A stretch of DNA of 64,000 nt from Paraspadella gotoi (lineage: Eukaryota > Animalia > Chaetognatha): contig CM119263.1 in NCBI GenBank assembly GCA_051294375.1, positions 21,202,268 through 21,266,267 of the forward strand. The letters run 5' to 3'. Positions 26,701 through 36,800 of the stretch are shown here, piece after piece. The position numbers and the translations under genes were made by a program. The notes under the pieces were generated by a model, which was not told where the DNA came from, did not search any database, and saw only the letters and a list, made by a program, of their open reading frames with translations. Numbering within the stretch: position 1 is the stretch's first letter; every line of letters starts with the position of its first letter.

Positions 26701-29700
26701 TGATGCCATTGGGATGGGGGCATCTCACTGTTGGTTTGGGGGCTTCCGGACCCTCAGTGACGCCTGCAGTCACTGGCGGGTTACCCTAAGACGGTCTCGG
26801 CTTTGCCAACGCAGAGGGAAGTCGTTAGGACTGTGGAAATGAAGAACACAGTGTGGATGGAACACTAAGCCGTGGGATGGTGTGTTCCCCCCCCTGAGCC
26901 AATGAATTTGGCTGACGGATGGTGGACAAATGAAGGCGGTGTGAATATAGCCGCCACAATAATTAAATTACAACAATCAAATCCACGAAAATTACGATAC
27001 ATAACAACGGCTACCAAGATATGAACCTAAAAGATCAACCTACGACAAAAAGTCTCAGCGTCGACAGGTTTTTTCCTCACCCAAAAGCGTAAAGACGTAG
27101 AGCGCCCTGTCTGGTGGTCCGACATGATTGGAGCATGACGCTGGCCGCTTGTAGACCGCAACGACGAAGGTAAGGATCTCCACGTCCGAAACCTCACGCT
27201 TTTTGCATCCAGCCTTAAACTCGTCCATAAGGCCGTGAGGGACCGCCCTCGAGTCCGCCCATGCGCTGTCCGAGACCTAGAAGGAAAAAGGAGGAAGAGA
27301 GAGAGAGATGTAAGAATAAGTGAGATAAAAATAAAAATAAAACTGAACATTCGATTACTTTTTTCTTTCTCTTCCTGACAAAAAACAGCCTGAAAAAAAT
27401 GGATTAATTTAACTAAAAGAAGAGTAAAGACAAAAAACAAAAATTCAAAGAAGAGTGGGGAAGCAGTGGGATATAATCAAATTTATTATACAAGAGTAAA
27501 AACGTGACGATATGCATATGATGATATGATCAGAAATTACTTAGCAAAAAAACAAATAGAATTCACCCAGAGTGATGAGGAGGATGAAGAAGATGACGGC
27601 CCAGACGTAGGATGCCGGGCAAAGTGGCGATGGCCTCGGGATAAACGATGAAGACGAGTCCGGGTCCTTGTTCCGCAACCCTTGTCGATGGGAAGGGCTC
27701 CGACCGGTTGGCGCTATGAAAGCCGAGGTACATGAACACCGACGGAACCTAGATCCCGAGTCTTTTAGTCTTGCGTCATAGTTAATCTTTTTAACGGTGC
27801 ACCTTTTTATTTTTTTTAAAATAAGCTTTATTTAATTTTGAATAGCCTTAAGTATTCAAAAATAAATATCGTCTGACACTTTTTACCAGTATTGTTCATT
27901 ATCTCGTCTTTCACCCCCCACGCACGGCGAAGAGAGAGGTTGGCGTCTGTTGATGGCCGCCGTCCCCAGACAATCGGGTAGCAAGTTGTTGTCGAATTTG
28001 TTGTAAGAAGCCCAGCGGCGATGTGGAACGCCAAATCCGGCGCCGACGGAGAAAAGATTGTGACGCGCGGCGTCGATCCAGACTTGGGGTTGGCGAGTCT
28101 GAAATGCATTGGTGGATAAAATGATTGTTGGATGGCTTGATTTATTTCATGAATTCCATGAAAGGTTCTTTGACAATTTAATGAATTTATGAATGAAGTG
28201 ACTAATAAATTTAATAATTTAGTAGTACTTCATTAGTAAAAGATTGATTGAGACATATATCACTGTTTGATTTTTTGATGGATTTCCTTTGACTTACAAA
28301 TGGATTTTCGGATTGATTAAGTTAGACTAGTCCCTCTCCAGCAGACGCCGGAGAAATAACATCCACGGATGAAGAAGACGAGGAGGATGAATGTAAAGGG
28401 GCGCCCGCCGTCACCCACACAACCTAGAAGGGAGTGGGGGTTGAAGGGGGTGGTCGATGATGGATAGGTTAGGGAATGCATACTCGGAGTAGGAAGGATA
28501 GAAATTCATTTTAGTGACGGTTATTTATTTAATTCCAAACTTGATTACAGTTATTTCAGAATGACCCGTGACGAGAATTCGGACCTCACCCTGACGCTGA
28601 CGCGCTTAAAGCTAAAAGGAATAGAAAATTATTACTTTATTTAATAGATATTGTTTTTTTTCTTTCGTTTCGTTGGTAGCATTAAAGGAGAATAGTTTGT
28701 TTTTTATTTTTAACAACGAATTTATTTAACTTGAAAAATGGACATGTTTCGGCTTCAATGTAAGGCTTCATCAGCGCAAAGTGAATTGAATTTTGACAAT
28801 TATTTTCACAGGACTCGGATTGATATTCTATAGTGTCATTCTTTATGCATTAGGACCAATTTTATAGCTAATTATTTCTTAAAACCAAGATAATTGTTGC
28901 TAGGTAAGTAGAAGCAGAACAGCATGACGAGTTACTATGGGGGAATTTTTAGTAACCAGAACCTGACAATCATCAACTCTGATTGAAAGGCAAAATTAAA
29001 GTTATTTTAAAAATCATTTCTACAAGTGTATTAGTAATATTAAGAATATGAGCGACGTTATGTTAGCGTCGTATGACTAGTGAAACCTCTGAGTACTTAA
29101 AGATTGTGAATCGGGTAAGGTTGCGCGAGGTAGGTGATGCAAGTGGAGGAGAGAAAGTTCCACTCGTTTCCGACTAATGGTCGTCGCACGTGAGAAAATG
29201 ACGCGGAGGCGTTGGGTGGGCGTGGCGAAAGTCGTAATCGGAGACGCGGAAAGTTTACGGTTTAGGGCGGAATCGTGGACTCGTTTTGACGGGGGCAATT
29301 ATTAGTAAGTTATATTCAGTGAAGAGATTCAGTTGTTATTTAGTTGACCTTAATATGAATTCCTTTAATTTTAATCTTACCATCTGAAATTTTCAAAATC
29401 CTAAATTTTAACCTAAACTTTTGACGTATAAGTTCTGAAACATAATTAATTATCCCAAATTTTTCTCCTGAATTACCAATCTTCATCCCTAATGCTTTTC
29501 CAACATATATATTTAATTATATTATAGATTCCCAAAAGTGTAATCTATTTATCTATACAACAATTTGGTTACGCCATTCCGCCCTACCACCGATCGTTTC
29601 CATTCTTATAGAGGCAGGCGACGCCATCAGCGTCAACGCGGAAAAACTTCTCTCCTTCTTTACGAGTCTTTCGCTTCTCCAACTATTTTTTACGTTTGTT

Positions 29701-32700
29701 TACATTTATGTTGGACGAGGACGGAGAGAGAGAGAGAGAAGAGAGAGAGCGAGAGAGAGAGAGAGAGAAGAGAGAAGAGAGAGAGAGAGAGAGAGAAGAA
29801 GAGAAAGAGAGATATTCTATTGATCCTCCGTTTTTGGTTCTTTGAATTTCCACTTTTCCTTTCTTTTTCTTTTCTTTTTTCTTTTTTTTCTTTTCTTCTT
29901 TCTTTTCTTTTCTTTCTTTTCTTTCTTTCTTTCTTTTCTTTCTTTCTCTCTTTTTTATTTTCTGTTTTCTTTCTTCTTCTTTTCTTTTCTTTTTTTCTTT
30001 CTTCTTTTTCTCTCTTAGTTCCATTATTCATTTATTGATTTTCGTTTTTTTTCTTTAGAGACTTTTCTTCCTATTATTTTAAATCCGGTGGCAAGCCTTT
30101 ATTTTTTAAAACTTTAATAAAAAACCTTTTTTATTCTCCGCAGTTTCATATCTTTTTTCCTCCTTTTATTTTTGATTTTCTTTCTGAATTTTGTTTTTTG
30201 GATATTTTTTTAAGAAGTACTTTCTTTTTTTCTAAGTCATTTTCATCGTAAGTTTTAATGTCATCGTTTCTTCCTTCCTTTCTTCACCAGTAATCACAAA
30301 GACAAGACTCAGAAGAAAATTTAAAAAAGATAAAAATAGAAATAAGAAAAAAATAAGAAAAAAAATCGGGTGATTGTAAAAAAAATATTAATCGCTTTTT
30401 TATCCTCCGACGCAGAAGCGAATCCGGGAAAAAGTTCAACAGTCGATTCAAAAACAAAATATTCTACGCTGGGGTAAGGAAGGGTTAAGAGGAAGGGAAG
30501 ATAGTAGGGGGAGGGACGGAAAGTGAAGGTAGTCAAATACAGAAATACTTATTTTTAAATTGACTAAGTAACTAATTTTTTTAAAAATATATTTTTTTAT
30601 AAATCTATTTCCTGACAGGCAGGCGGCGGTGAACTGTTGAAGCGAAGCTGGAAAGATTTGGCAGATCACATCACTTTAGAGGTGAGTACACAGGATGGGT
30701 CGGACCTAATGAAGTCTCATGACTCATGATCATGAGAGCTCAGAAGGGTTCACTTTGATTCAGTTGGGGAAGTCGATTGAGGCGCGATGGTTAGGTATGA
30801 GGGGGTTCCTCCAGTGAACAATTCCGTCTAAATGAGTTTCTTGACGCGACCTCGGTTACTTTGGAAAATGGGCCTCGTAAAAATATACAGAAAAGGTGGA
30901 GAAAAGCTCGCGGGTTTACCTCATCCTTCTCCTTTCTCAGTGCGACGGAGTGGATTTGACTCAGAAACTCAAAGACCTCAAACTTCACTGCATTTTGTTT
31001 CTTAACATCCCCAGGTAAGGAGCGAGGCGTGAGAGTGGTAAAGGCTGCAGATATCACAGAGGATTTAGAGTAGAGCTGGTCTAAAGGGCAATGAAGGAAT
31101 AGCATTAGTGAGGCAGAGAACTGCGGGGAGTGTATGTAAAAAAAAAAAAAAATTACGATAAAAAATAAAAACATTAAAAAAAGCAAAGAAAAAAGTAGAC
31201 GGCGAAGATGATAGTGAGAAAAGCGAAAAAGAAAGACGTTAGAGAAAGTCTCGCATAATATTTGCATAAAATGGAAAAACGCTCGGATGAGCTACAAAAT
31301 ATGCGAAAAAAAACATGCATGTGTTTATCCACGGTGATTTCTTTTTGTTTTTGTTTTTTTATTTTTTTTTTATAACTTTGTTTTTGTGTTTGTCAGTGCA
31401 AAATAAAAGTGAGAAAAAAAACGGGGTTCACTAAATGAGAGATATGTGTTCTATCTCACTATCTTCCTCTTACTATCTCTCTCTCAAACACACTCTCTCT
31501 CACATTAAAATATTCAAAGAAGACGTTAATTCATTTCTTTTAATCAAAATAACCAATCAATGTTTTTTAATGTTATACTGATCGCGTTAAAACGAAAATG
31601 CTAACTCTTTGCTTCTCTCGTCTGTTTTTAGGTATAGTGCTGGCACCATTCCATGGGGCACGTCGACTTCTCATTTCGGACCTCAGAGGTCGGACGACGG
31701 TTTTCTTGAGGTGATAGGGTTCACGACGGCCTCCTTGGTGAGTGGATGGTTGGGTACAACTTTTTTCTCATCTTTGTCATCAAAGGAACATTTTTTTTTC
31801 CTAATTTTTTAAAAATTTTTTTATTTCTTGTCTTTTTTCTTATTTCGTGAGATGTCTTCGTTCATTGTTTATTTTTTTATAGTTGTAGTCGGGCATTGCC
31901 TATAAGCATGACACTTTCAGTTGTGACCTGGTGGCTCATTGAGTAAAGCCATCAGCTCATGACCATTAGGTACCGGGTTCATTCCCAACCCGGTGCCTAC
32001 CCTGCGGGAAGCGTGAGGATGGCCATAAGCTGCCTTGGGGGCGTGGAAAACCCTCAAGCCTGGTTCCAAGCCCGGGACCCGTTCCATGGCTGCTAGAAGG
32101 ATTAAAGAATTTGCGGATAGTCATCTTCAGCCCACTTTGCGCCTTATCCACATATCCACATAAATATTTAAACTAACCTTAAATCAATAATGTTTTTGAA
32201 AACATTTGACTTTTGTTTACGAATGAACTTTGAAGCGAAATTTTTCAGTAGCAGAACCATCTTCCGGAATAAACAAAAGGCATTCGTCTTTTCAAAATTA
32301 AATGCTTTAAAAAAGAATTTGTGTTCAAGAAAATTAAAAGTTGTAGAGGGTAATTAACAACGTTATTTTAAAGCNNNNNNNNNNGCTTTAAAAAAGAATT
32401 AGTGTTCAAGAAAATTAAAAGTTGTAAAGGGTAATTAACAACGTTATTTTAAAGCGAAAAAAAAACTTTTCATACAGGCTGCTCTACAGGTTGGGGGCCA
32501 TGGTGAACGCATCTGCCAATGCGCAGAAATAAAATTGACGACTCGGAAGCCAATTCCCATGCAGGTAAAGTGACTAACGTATTTTATTATGAAATAGATA
32601 AATAAACCATATTAAAACAGAAGAGTAAATCATTGATGTCCAATAAATCTGTTGCTTAGGTCGATGGGGAGCCTTGTAAACTACAGCCATCTGTGATAAA

Positions 32701-33295
32701 AATTTGGCATCGAAATCAAGCTAACATGGTGAGGAAGGTCAAATGGGGCCGCGGACCCGTCACCGTCACCAACGAGTGAGTTTTTTGTGTCGTTGGGAGA
32801 ATGGACACGTGATCTTCTTGACGCGCTGATGTCATAAAACCGTTTTTATTGCAGTTTGCCATCCATGCAAGAGCGATTGCGTCTACAAGTATCTGTGATT
32901 TCCGGTTTCGACTACGAGGCCCTCAGGTGGGGAAAATGGGAATGAGGATTGGGGATTAGGGATTCCATGTGACTTGAAAGTAACGTCTTTATAAGCGAGG
33001 TATGTAGCCTAAATGTAAGAAACATTATTTAGTTTGACAAATCGTTTCGTGAATTAACCATAATCTTGAAATAAAACTTCCCATCAATTACTGCAGACGA
33101 CTAGATTACGACATAGTTGTACTAAGTACAACAACTAAAATACATTATGATTACTCGCTTTTTTCTTTTGATCATTTTAACAACAGGTTTGCGAAGGACG
33201 CCTTGAAGGAGGTTTCCATTCCGCTAGGCATCATCGTCGTGGAGAACGACTCGGACTTGGCCGCGGTCAGGCTCGTCATCAACAGATACGTTGGG
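2087..33295 (+). CDS. DGKZ: Type IV diacylglycerol kinase (DGK zeta/iota, rdgA family), partial multi-exon gene
   Basis: Phase-compatible GT-AG exons: 2087-2224, 2404-2508, 2610-2768, 13258-13534, 15535-15628, 17427-17601, 17967-19023 (contains N gap), 30416-30473 (indel error), 30619-30681, 30941-31014, 31632-31737, 32478-32564, 32660-32775, 32855-32926, 33187-33295. They encode C1 domains, a MARCKS-like basic motif, [42 protein letters not shown] and PMQVDGEP. The start and ankyrin-repeat exons are not seen. The symbol denotes the DGKZ/DGKI family. Confidence 0.95.
2404..2508 (+). CDS. DGKZ: DGK exon: second C1 domain, part 1
   Basis: cag|[35 protein letters not shown]|gtgagt. Confidence 0.93.
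2610..2768 (+). CDS. DGKZ: DGK exon: second C1 domain, part 2
   Basis: cag|[53 protein letters not shown]|gt. Confidence 0.93.
2961..3105. repeat. 54-bp pyrimidine-rich tandem repeat (~2.7 copies)
   Basis: Unit tcgttctcccacgttcttc...ttattcgttctact starts at 2961, 3015 and 3069. Confidence 0.8.
3500..12230. other. Low-quality, indel-rich sequence with re-reads of nearby DGK exons and inverted segments (probable long-read gap fill)
   Basis: 5640-5780 is a noisy copy of exon 2087-2224 and its donor. 6715-6910 is a noisy copy of exon 2404-2508. 9620-9680 repeats 3720-3770. 10930-11100 is the reverse complement of ~3860-4020. 8280-8410 is the reverse complement of 6200-6325. Confidence 0.7.
12944..13191 (+). 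mobile_element. tRNA-derived SINE (~245 bp)
   Basis: A-box-like TGGCTCATTGAG and B-box GGTTCAATCCC. A similar copy with unrelated flanks lies at 31910-32155. Confidence 0.7.
13258..13534 (+). CDS. DGKZ: DGK exon: MARCKS-like basic motif, Gly-rich linker, start of catalytic domain
   Basis: tag|[29 protein letters not shown]...[22 protein letters not shown](G)|gt. Confidence 0.9.
15535..15628 (+). CDS. DGKZ: DGK exon: catalytic domain
   Basis: cag|[32 protein letters not shown]|gtaagt. Confidence 0.95.
17427..17601 (+). CDS. DGKZ: DGK exon: ATP-binding GGDG motif
   Basis: cag|[58 protein letters not shown]|gtgagt. Confidence 0.96.
17967..19023 (+). CDS. DGKZ: DGK exon(s) spanning an N gap (18198-18817), with a low-complexity insert
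   Basis: cag|[27 protein letters not shown]...GGGGGG...[gap]...TSTSSTSS...[27 protein letters not shown]|gtgagt. The gap could hide an intron. Confidence 0.85.
19572..28603. repeat. ~9-kb tandem duplicate of 28604-37415, indel-rich copy (probable assembly artefact)
   Basis: Colinear frameshifted copies of eight DGK exons (21400-24330) and of SLC6 exons 7-14 (24760-28425). The junction at ~28604 restarts gct(t)taaagctaaaaggaatagaaaatt. Confidence 0.9.
19700..19742 (-). ncRNA. Degenerate minimal hammerhead ribozyme motif (PLE type); duplicate at 28737-28779
   Basis: Minus strand reads CTGATGA-agccttacattgaagcc-GAAA-CATG-TC, with palindromic stem III ACATGT and a GUC site. Stems I and II are imperfect. 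Confidence 0.5.
30416..30473 (+). CDS. DGKZ: DGK exon: accessory domain (assembly indel)
   Basis: cag|EANP(EK)[13 protein letters not shown]|gtaagg. Two extra bases in homopolymer runs (ccgggaaaaag) break the frame. Confidence 0.85.
30619..30681 (+). CDS. DGKZ: DGK exon: accessory domain
   Basis: cag|[21 protein letters not shown]|gtgagt. Confidence 0.9.
30941..31014 (+). CDS. DGKZ: DGK exon: accessory domain
   Basis: cag|[25 protein letters not shown]|gtaagg. Confidence 0.93.
31632..31737 (+). CDS. DGKZ: DGK exon: accessory domain
   Basis: tag|[35 protein letters not shown]|gtgagt. Confidence 0.94.
31910..32155 (+). mobile_element. tRNA-derived SINE, same family as 12944-13191 (duplicate at ~22955-23215)
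   Basis: TGGCTCATTGAG...GGTTCATTCCC boxes and a shared 3' end cttcagcccact...gccttatccaca. Confidence 0.7.
32478..32564 (+). CDS. DGKZ: DGK exon: accessory domain
   Basis: cag|[29 protein letters not shown]|gtaaag. Confidence 0.94.
32660..32775 (+). CDS. DGKZ: DGK exon: end of accessory domain
   Basis: tag|[39 protein letters not shown]|gtgagt. Confidence 0.93.
32855..32926 (+). CDS. DGKZ: DGK exon: post-catalytic region
   Basis: cag|[24 protein letters not shown]|gt; compare DGKZ EQLRIQVSRVSMHDYEAL. Confidence 0.9.
33187..33295 (+). CDS. DGKZ: DGK exon: last recognisable exon in the window
   Basis: cag|[36 protein letters not shown]|gtaagt; compare DGKZ LKEASVPLGTVVVPGDSDL. Confidence 0.9.
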
Positions 33296-33715
33296 GTAAG
33301 TTTACTCTTTCCTGGGTCAGGACATGAATTGTCTATTTTCAGAGACGACGTTCCAAAAAAAAACCGTGCGGTTTGTGTTCGAATTTTTTTATATTTTTGA
33401 ACTTTGAAAATATTGGAGTAATTTGCACTTTTCACGAGTTATTTTCAAAACTGGTAATGAAAAAAAAATTTGTACAACGATGAATAGTAAGAAGAATGAT
33501 AATAATAAAAAATACTTTGGTGGGTTAATTGCCGTCAGGAACTCGATTTTGTTTTTTTAACGAAAATAAACTACTTTACGCAACAATCGGGTAATGCGAA
33601 ATAAAAGAATCTCGGACACAGACAAAAAAGAATGAGTAAAGGGAAAAGAAGGAGAGAAAAAAAATTCGTTAAAATGGGATTTTGGTGAAAAAAAAGATAA
33701 CGTTGCAAATTTGGC

Positions 33716-33828
33716 TCATATCTTGAGCCAATGCTGGAGATAAAATCTCTTGTTGCTGCCGTCGGGAGCGATGATATGCCTTTGTCGTCTGGGAGTAAGA
33801 AGTTTCGCCAGACGAAGGCGGAAAGAAC
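33716..33828 (-). CDS. SLC6 exon 14 (terminal)
   Basis: cag|[40 protein letters not shown]. Confidence 0.9.
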
Positions 33829-36800
33829 CTGATAGGAAAAGAAGAATAAATTTGTATGGGAACCATTTTTTTATTAAAGGCGTCGTCGCCTGTCAATCTT
33901 TGTTTCCTGCATTATGTAAAGCTCATAGTAATAACTTGAAAATAAAGAAAGAAATGATTGCTTTATTAATGAATTGTGAACTTTAAATAGCGACAATATT
34001 TATCTTTTACCAGAAGCTAATTAGATTAAGCTAATTAAATAACTAATGGTGACTAAAAACTGAAACCAATTATAATATCTACTAGTTTATTATTATCATA
34101 AAATCCACTAATAGTTCTCACCCTCGGTCGTAAGGAAGGCATAAACCATGTAGCCTGGGATAATGGCGACGGTGATGCTCGTCATCATCCAGCCAATCAC
34201 GTTGGCGTAATACGGAAACACGTAACTGGTGGGAAACATAAAAATCATATATCATTCTTTGAAATAATATACAACTTCATTGATAGAGAAGCCAGGTACT
34301 CTGAGAGTGAATAAACGAGACTGTGAGAGAGTCTTGACTGAAAGCTTGCAGGGACCTGCTATGTCATTATCTTGTAAGAGTGATTGAGGCCTTAAACCAC
34401 CAAAGCCTATCCAAAGTCAGGGGCAAGATAGCTTATTTATTAAATTAATGGATAATTTTTATATTGGTTGTACAAATTTTATAGTTACAGAAAAAAACGT
34501 TATTATTTATTATTATTATTATTATTATTAATTTATTATTATTATTTTTTTTTAATTCAAAATTTCTATATTTTTGCTCCCAGTTTAAAACTGATTTAAA
34601 CTGAGACCCACAACAAACAAACGCGCCAAATTTATCCTAAAGTTTGTAAACACTTGACGTCGCTGTCGCGCACATGCGAAAACATGTGCAGCACTCGACG
34701 CCTGGTGGTCGATTCTCCATTTATTTCAACAAAAGATAATTTAACTCCCAAGCACCCCTATACCTAAAATATTAAAAAACGCACAAAGCTAATAAGCAAA
34801 ACTCTATATTGTTTTAAATTATCGTCCTCACTTTCAAAAGCGATTCTCTCTCTCTCCTCTCTCTCTCTCTCTCTTCCCTACTTTTGATATTCAAGAGGTT
34901 TGTAAGTGACGATGCTAGCGACGCTTATTGTTAGGAGGAAAAGTGGAGTCACGAATTTCCAGCAAATTCGCCAATAGATGGACGGTTTGAATCCGAGCAT
35001 CATTTGAATGTCGCTGATAGGATAATCAAAAAAAAAAACTAATAATCATGAAGATTATAAAAAATGTAAAAATGTTTAAAAATCTTTTTAGCATTTTCAA
35101 GTTTATCTGGATATGGACCGTAAGTTAGTAAAAGTTGGGGAAAAAACTGTTTCTCGTGCAAGACAGCATAAGCAAATCTGACCTAGAAAACTGATCCAAA
35201 CCGTAGAACCAGGCGAGAGCGATGGCCTCGAACATAACGGCGATCAAGATGCTTGTCCCGGCGGCGAACGTGTCTGAAAATCGCGTAGTCTACTATTTTA
35301 GTAATTTTTTATTTATTTTATATATTTTTTTATTTGTATTTTCTTTTTTTTATATAACATAAATTCTTTAATTTATTCTACAAAATTAAATTCAAAAACT
35401 AAGTTGTCACATTAACACACTTCTGTGCCCTCGTTATATTTTTCTCAATTCGATTTTTCGCAACTTCTGAGTTCCGACTGTTTTTTTTTTTTTCGCTTTA
35501 TATTACAAAGCCACTGCCACTAAGCCCACTATCATAACAACAAAATTATCATATTATGGCAACAGCCGGGTTGCCTGTGATGCCCATTGGGATGGGGCAT
35601 CTCACTGTTGGCTTTGGGGGCTTCCGACCCTCAGTGACGCCTGCAGTCACTGGCGGTTACCCTAAGACGGTCTCGCTTTGCAACGCAGAGGGAAGTCGTT
35701 AGGACTGTGGAATGGAACACAGTGTGGATGGAACACAACGCCTGGGATGGTGTGTTCCCCCCCCTGAGCCAATGAATTTGGCTGAACGATGGTGGACATG
35801 AGGCGGTGTGAATATACCGCCACAATATTTAAATTACAACATCAAATCCACGAACACGATTACAATTACAAAACCGCTACCCAAGATATGACCCTAAAAG
35901 ATCACCTACGACAAAAGTCTCACCGTCACAGTTTTTTCCTCACCCAAAAGCGTAAAGACGTAGACGCCGCCTCTGGTGGTCGACATGATGGACATGACGC
36001 TGGCGCTGTAGACGACGACGAAGGTAAGGATCTCCCGTCCGAACCTCACCTTTTGCATCCACTTAAACTCGTCCATAAGGCCGGTGAGGACCGCCTCGAG
36101 TCCGCCCATGCCGCTGTCGAGACCTAGAAAGGAAAAAGGAGAGAGAGAGAGAGAGATGTCAAGATAAGTGAGATAAAAATAAAATAAAACTGAACATTGA
36201 TTACTTTATTTCTTTCTTCCTGACAAAAACAGCCTGAAAAAATATGTAATTTAACTAAAAGAAGAGTAAAGACAAAAACAAAAATTCAAAGAGAGTGGGA
36301 AAGCCAGTGGGCATATAAATCAAATTTATTATACAAGAGTAAAAACGTGACGATATGCATATGATGATATTGGATCAGAAATTACTTAGCAAAAAAAAAT
36401 AGAAATTCACCCAGAGTGATGAGGAGGATGAAGAAGATGACGGCCCAGACGTAGGATCCGGGCAAAGTGGCGATGGCCTCGGGATAAACGATGAAGACGA
36501 GTCCGGGTCCTTGTTCCGCAACCTTGTCGATGGGAAGGCCCGACCGGTTGGCCATGAAGCCGAGGTACATGAACACCACGGAACCTAGGATCCCGAGTCT
36601 TTTAGTCTTGCGTCATAGTTAATCTTTTTACGGATCACCTTTTATTTTTTTAAATAAGCTTTATTTACATTTTGAATAGCCTTAAGTTTTCAAAAATAAA
36701 TATCGTCTGACACTTTTACAGTATTTTCATTATCTCCTTTCACCCCCCCCCCAACCGGCGAAGAGAGAGGTGGCGCTGTTGATGGCCGCCGTCCCCAGAC

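Noticed and set aside
21400-28425. Second DGK and SLC6 paralogues or pseudogenes
   Set aside because: Introns are near-identical and differences are mostly single-base indels, which is a sequencing-error pattern.
20687-30038. ER-, K- and F-rich ORFs (e.g. 20687, 29565, 29683, 29690)
   Set aside because: These are translations of (GA)n and (CTTTT)n microsatellites.
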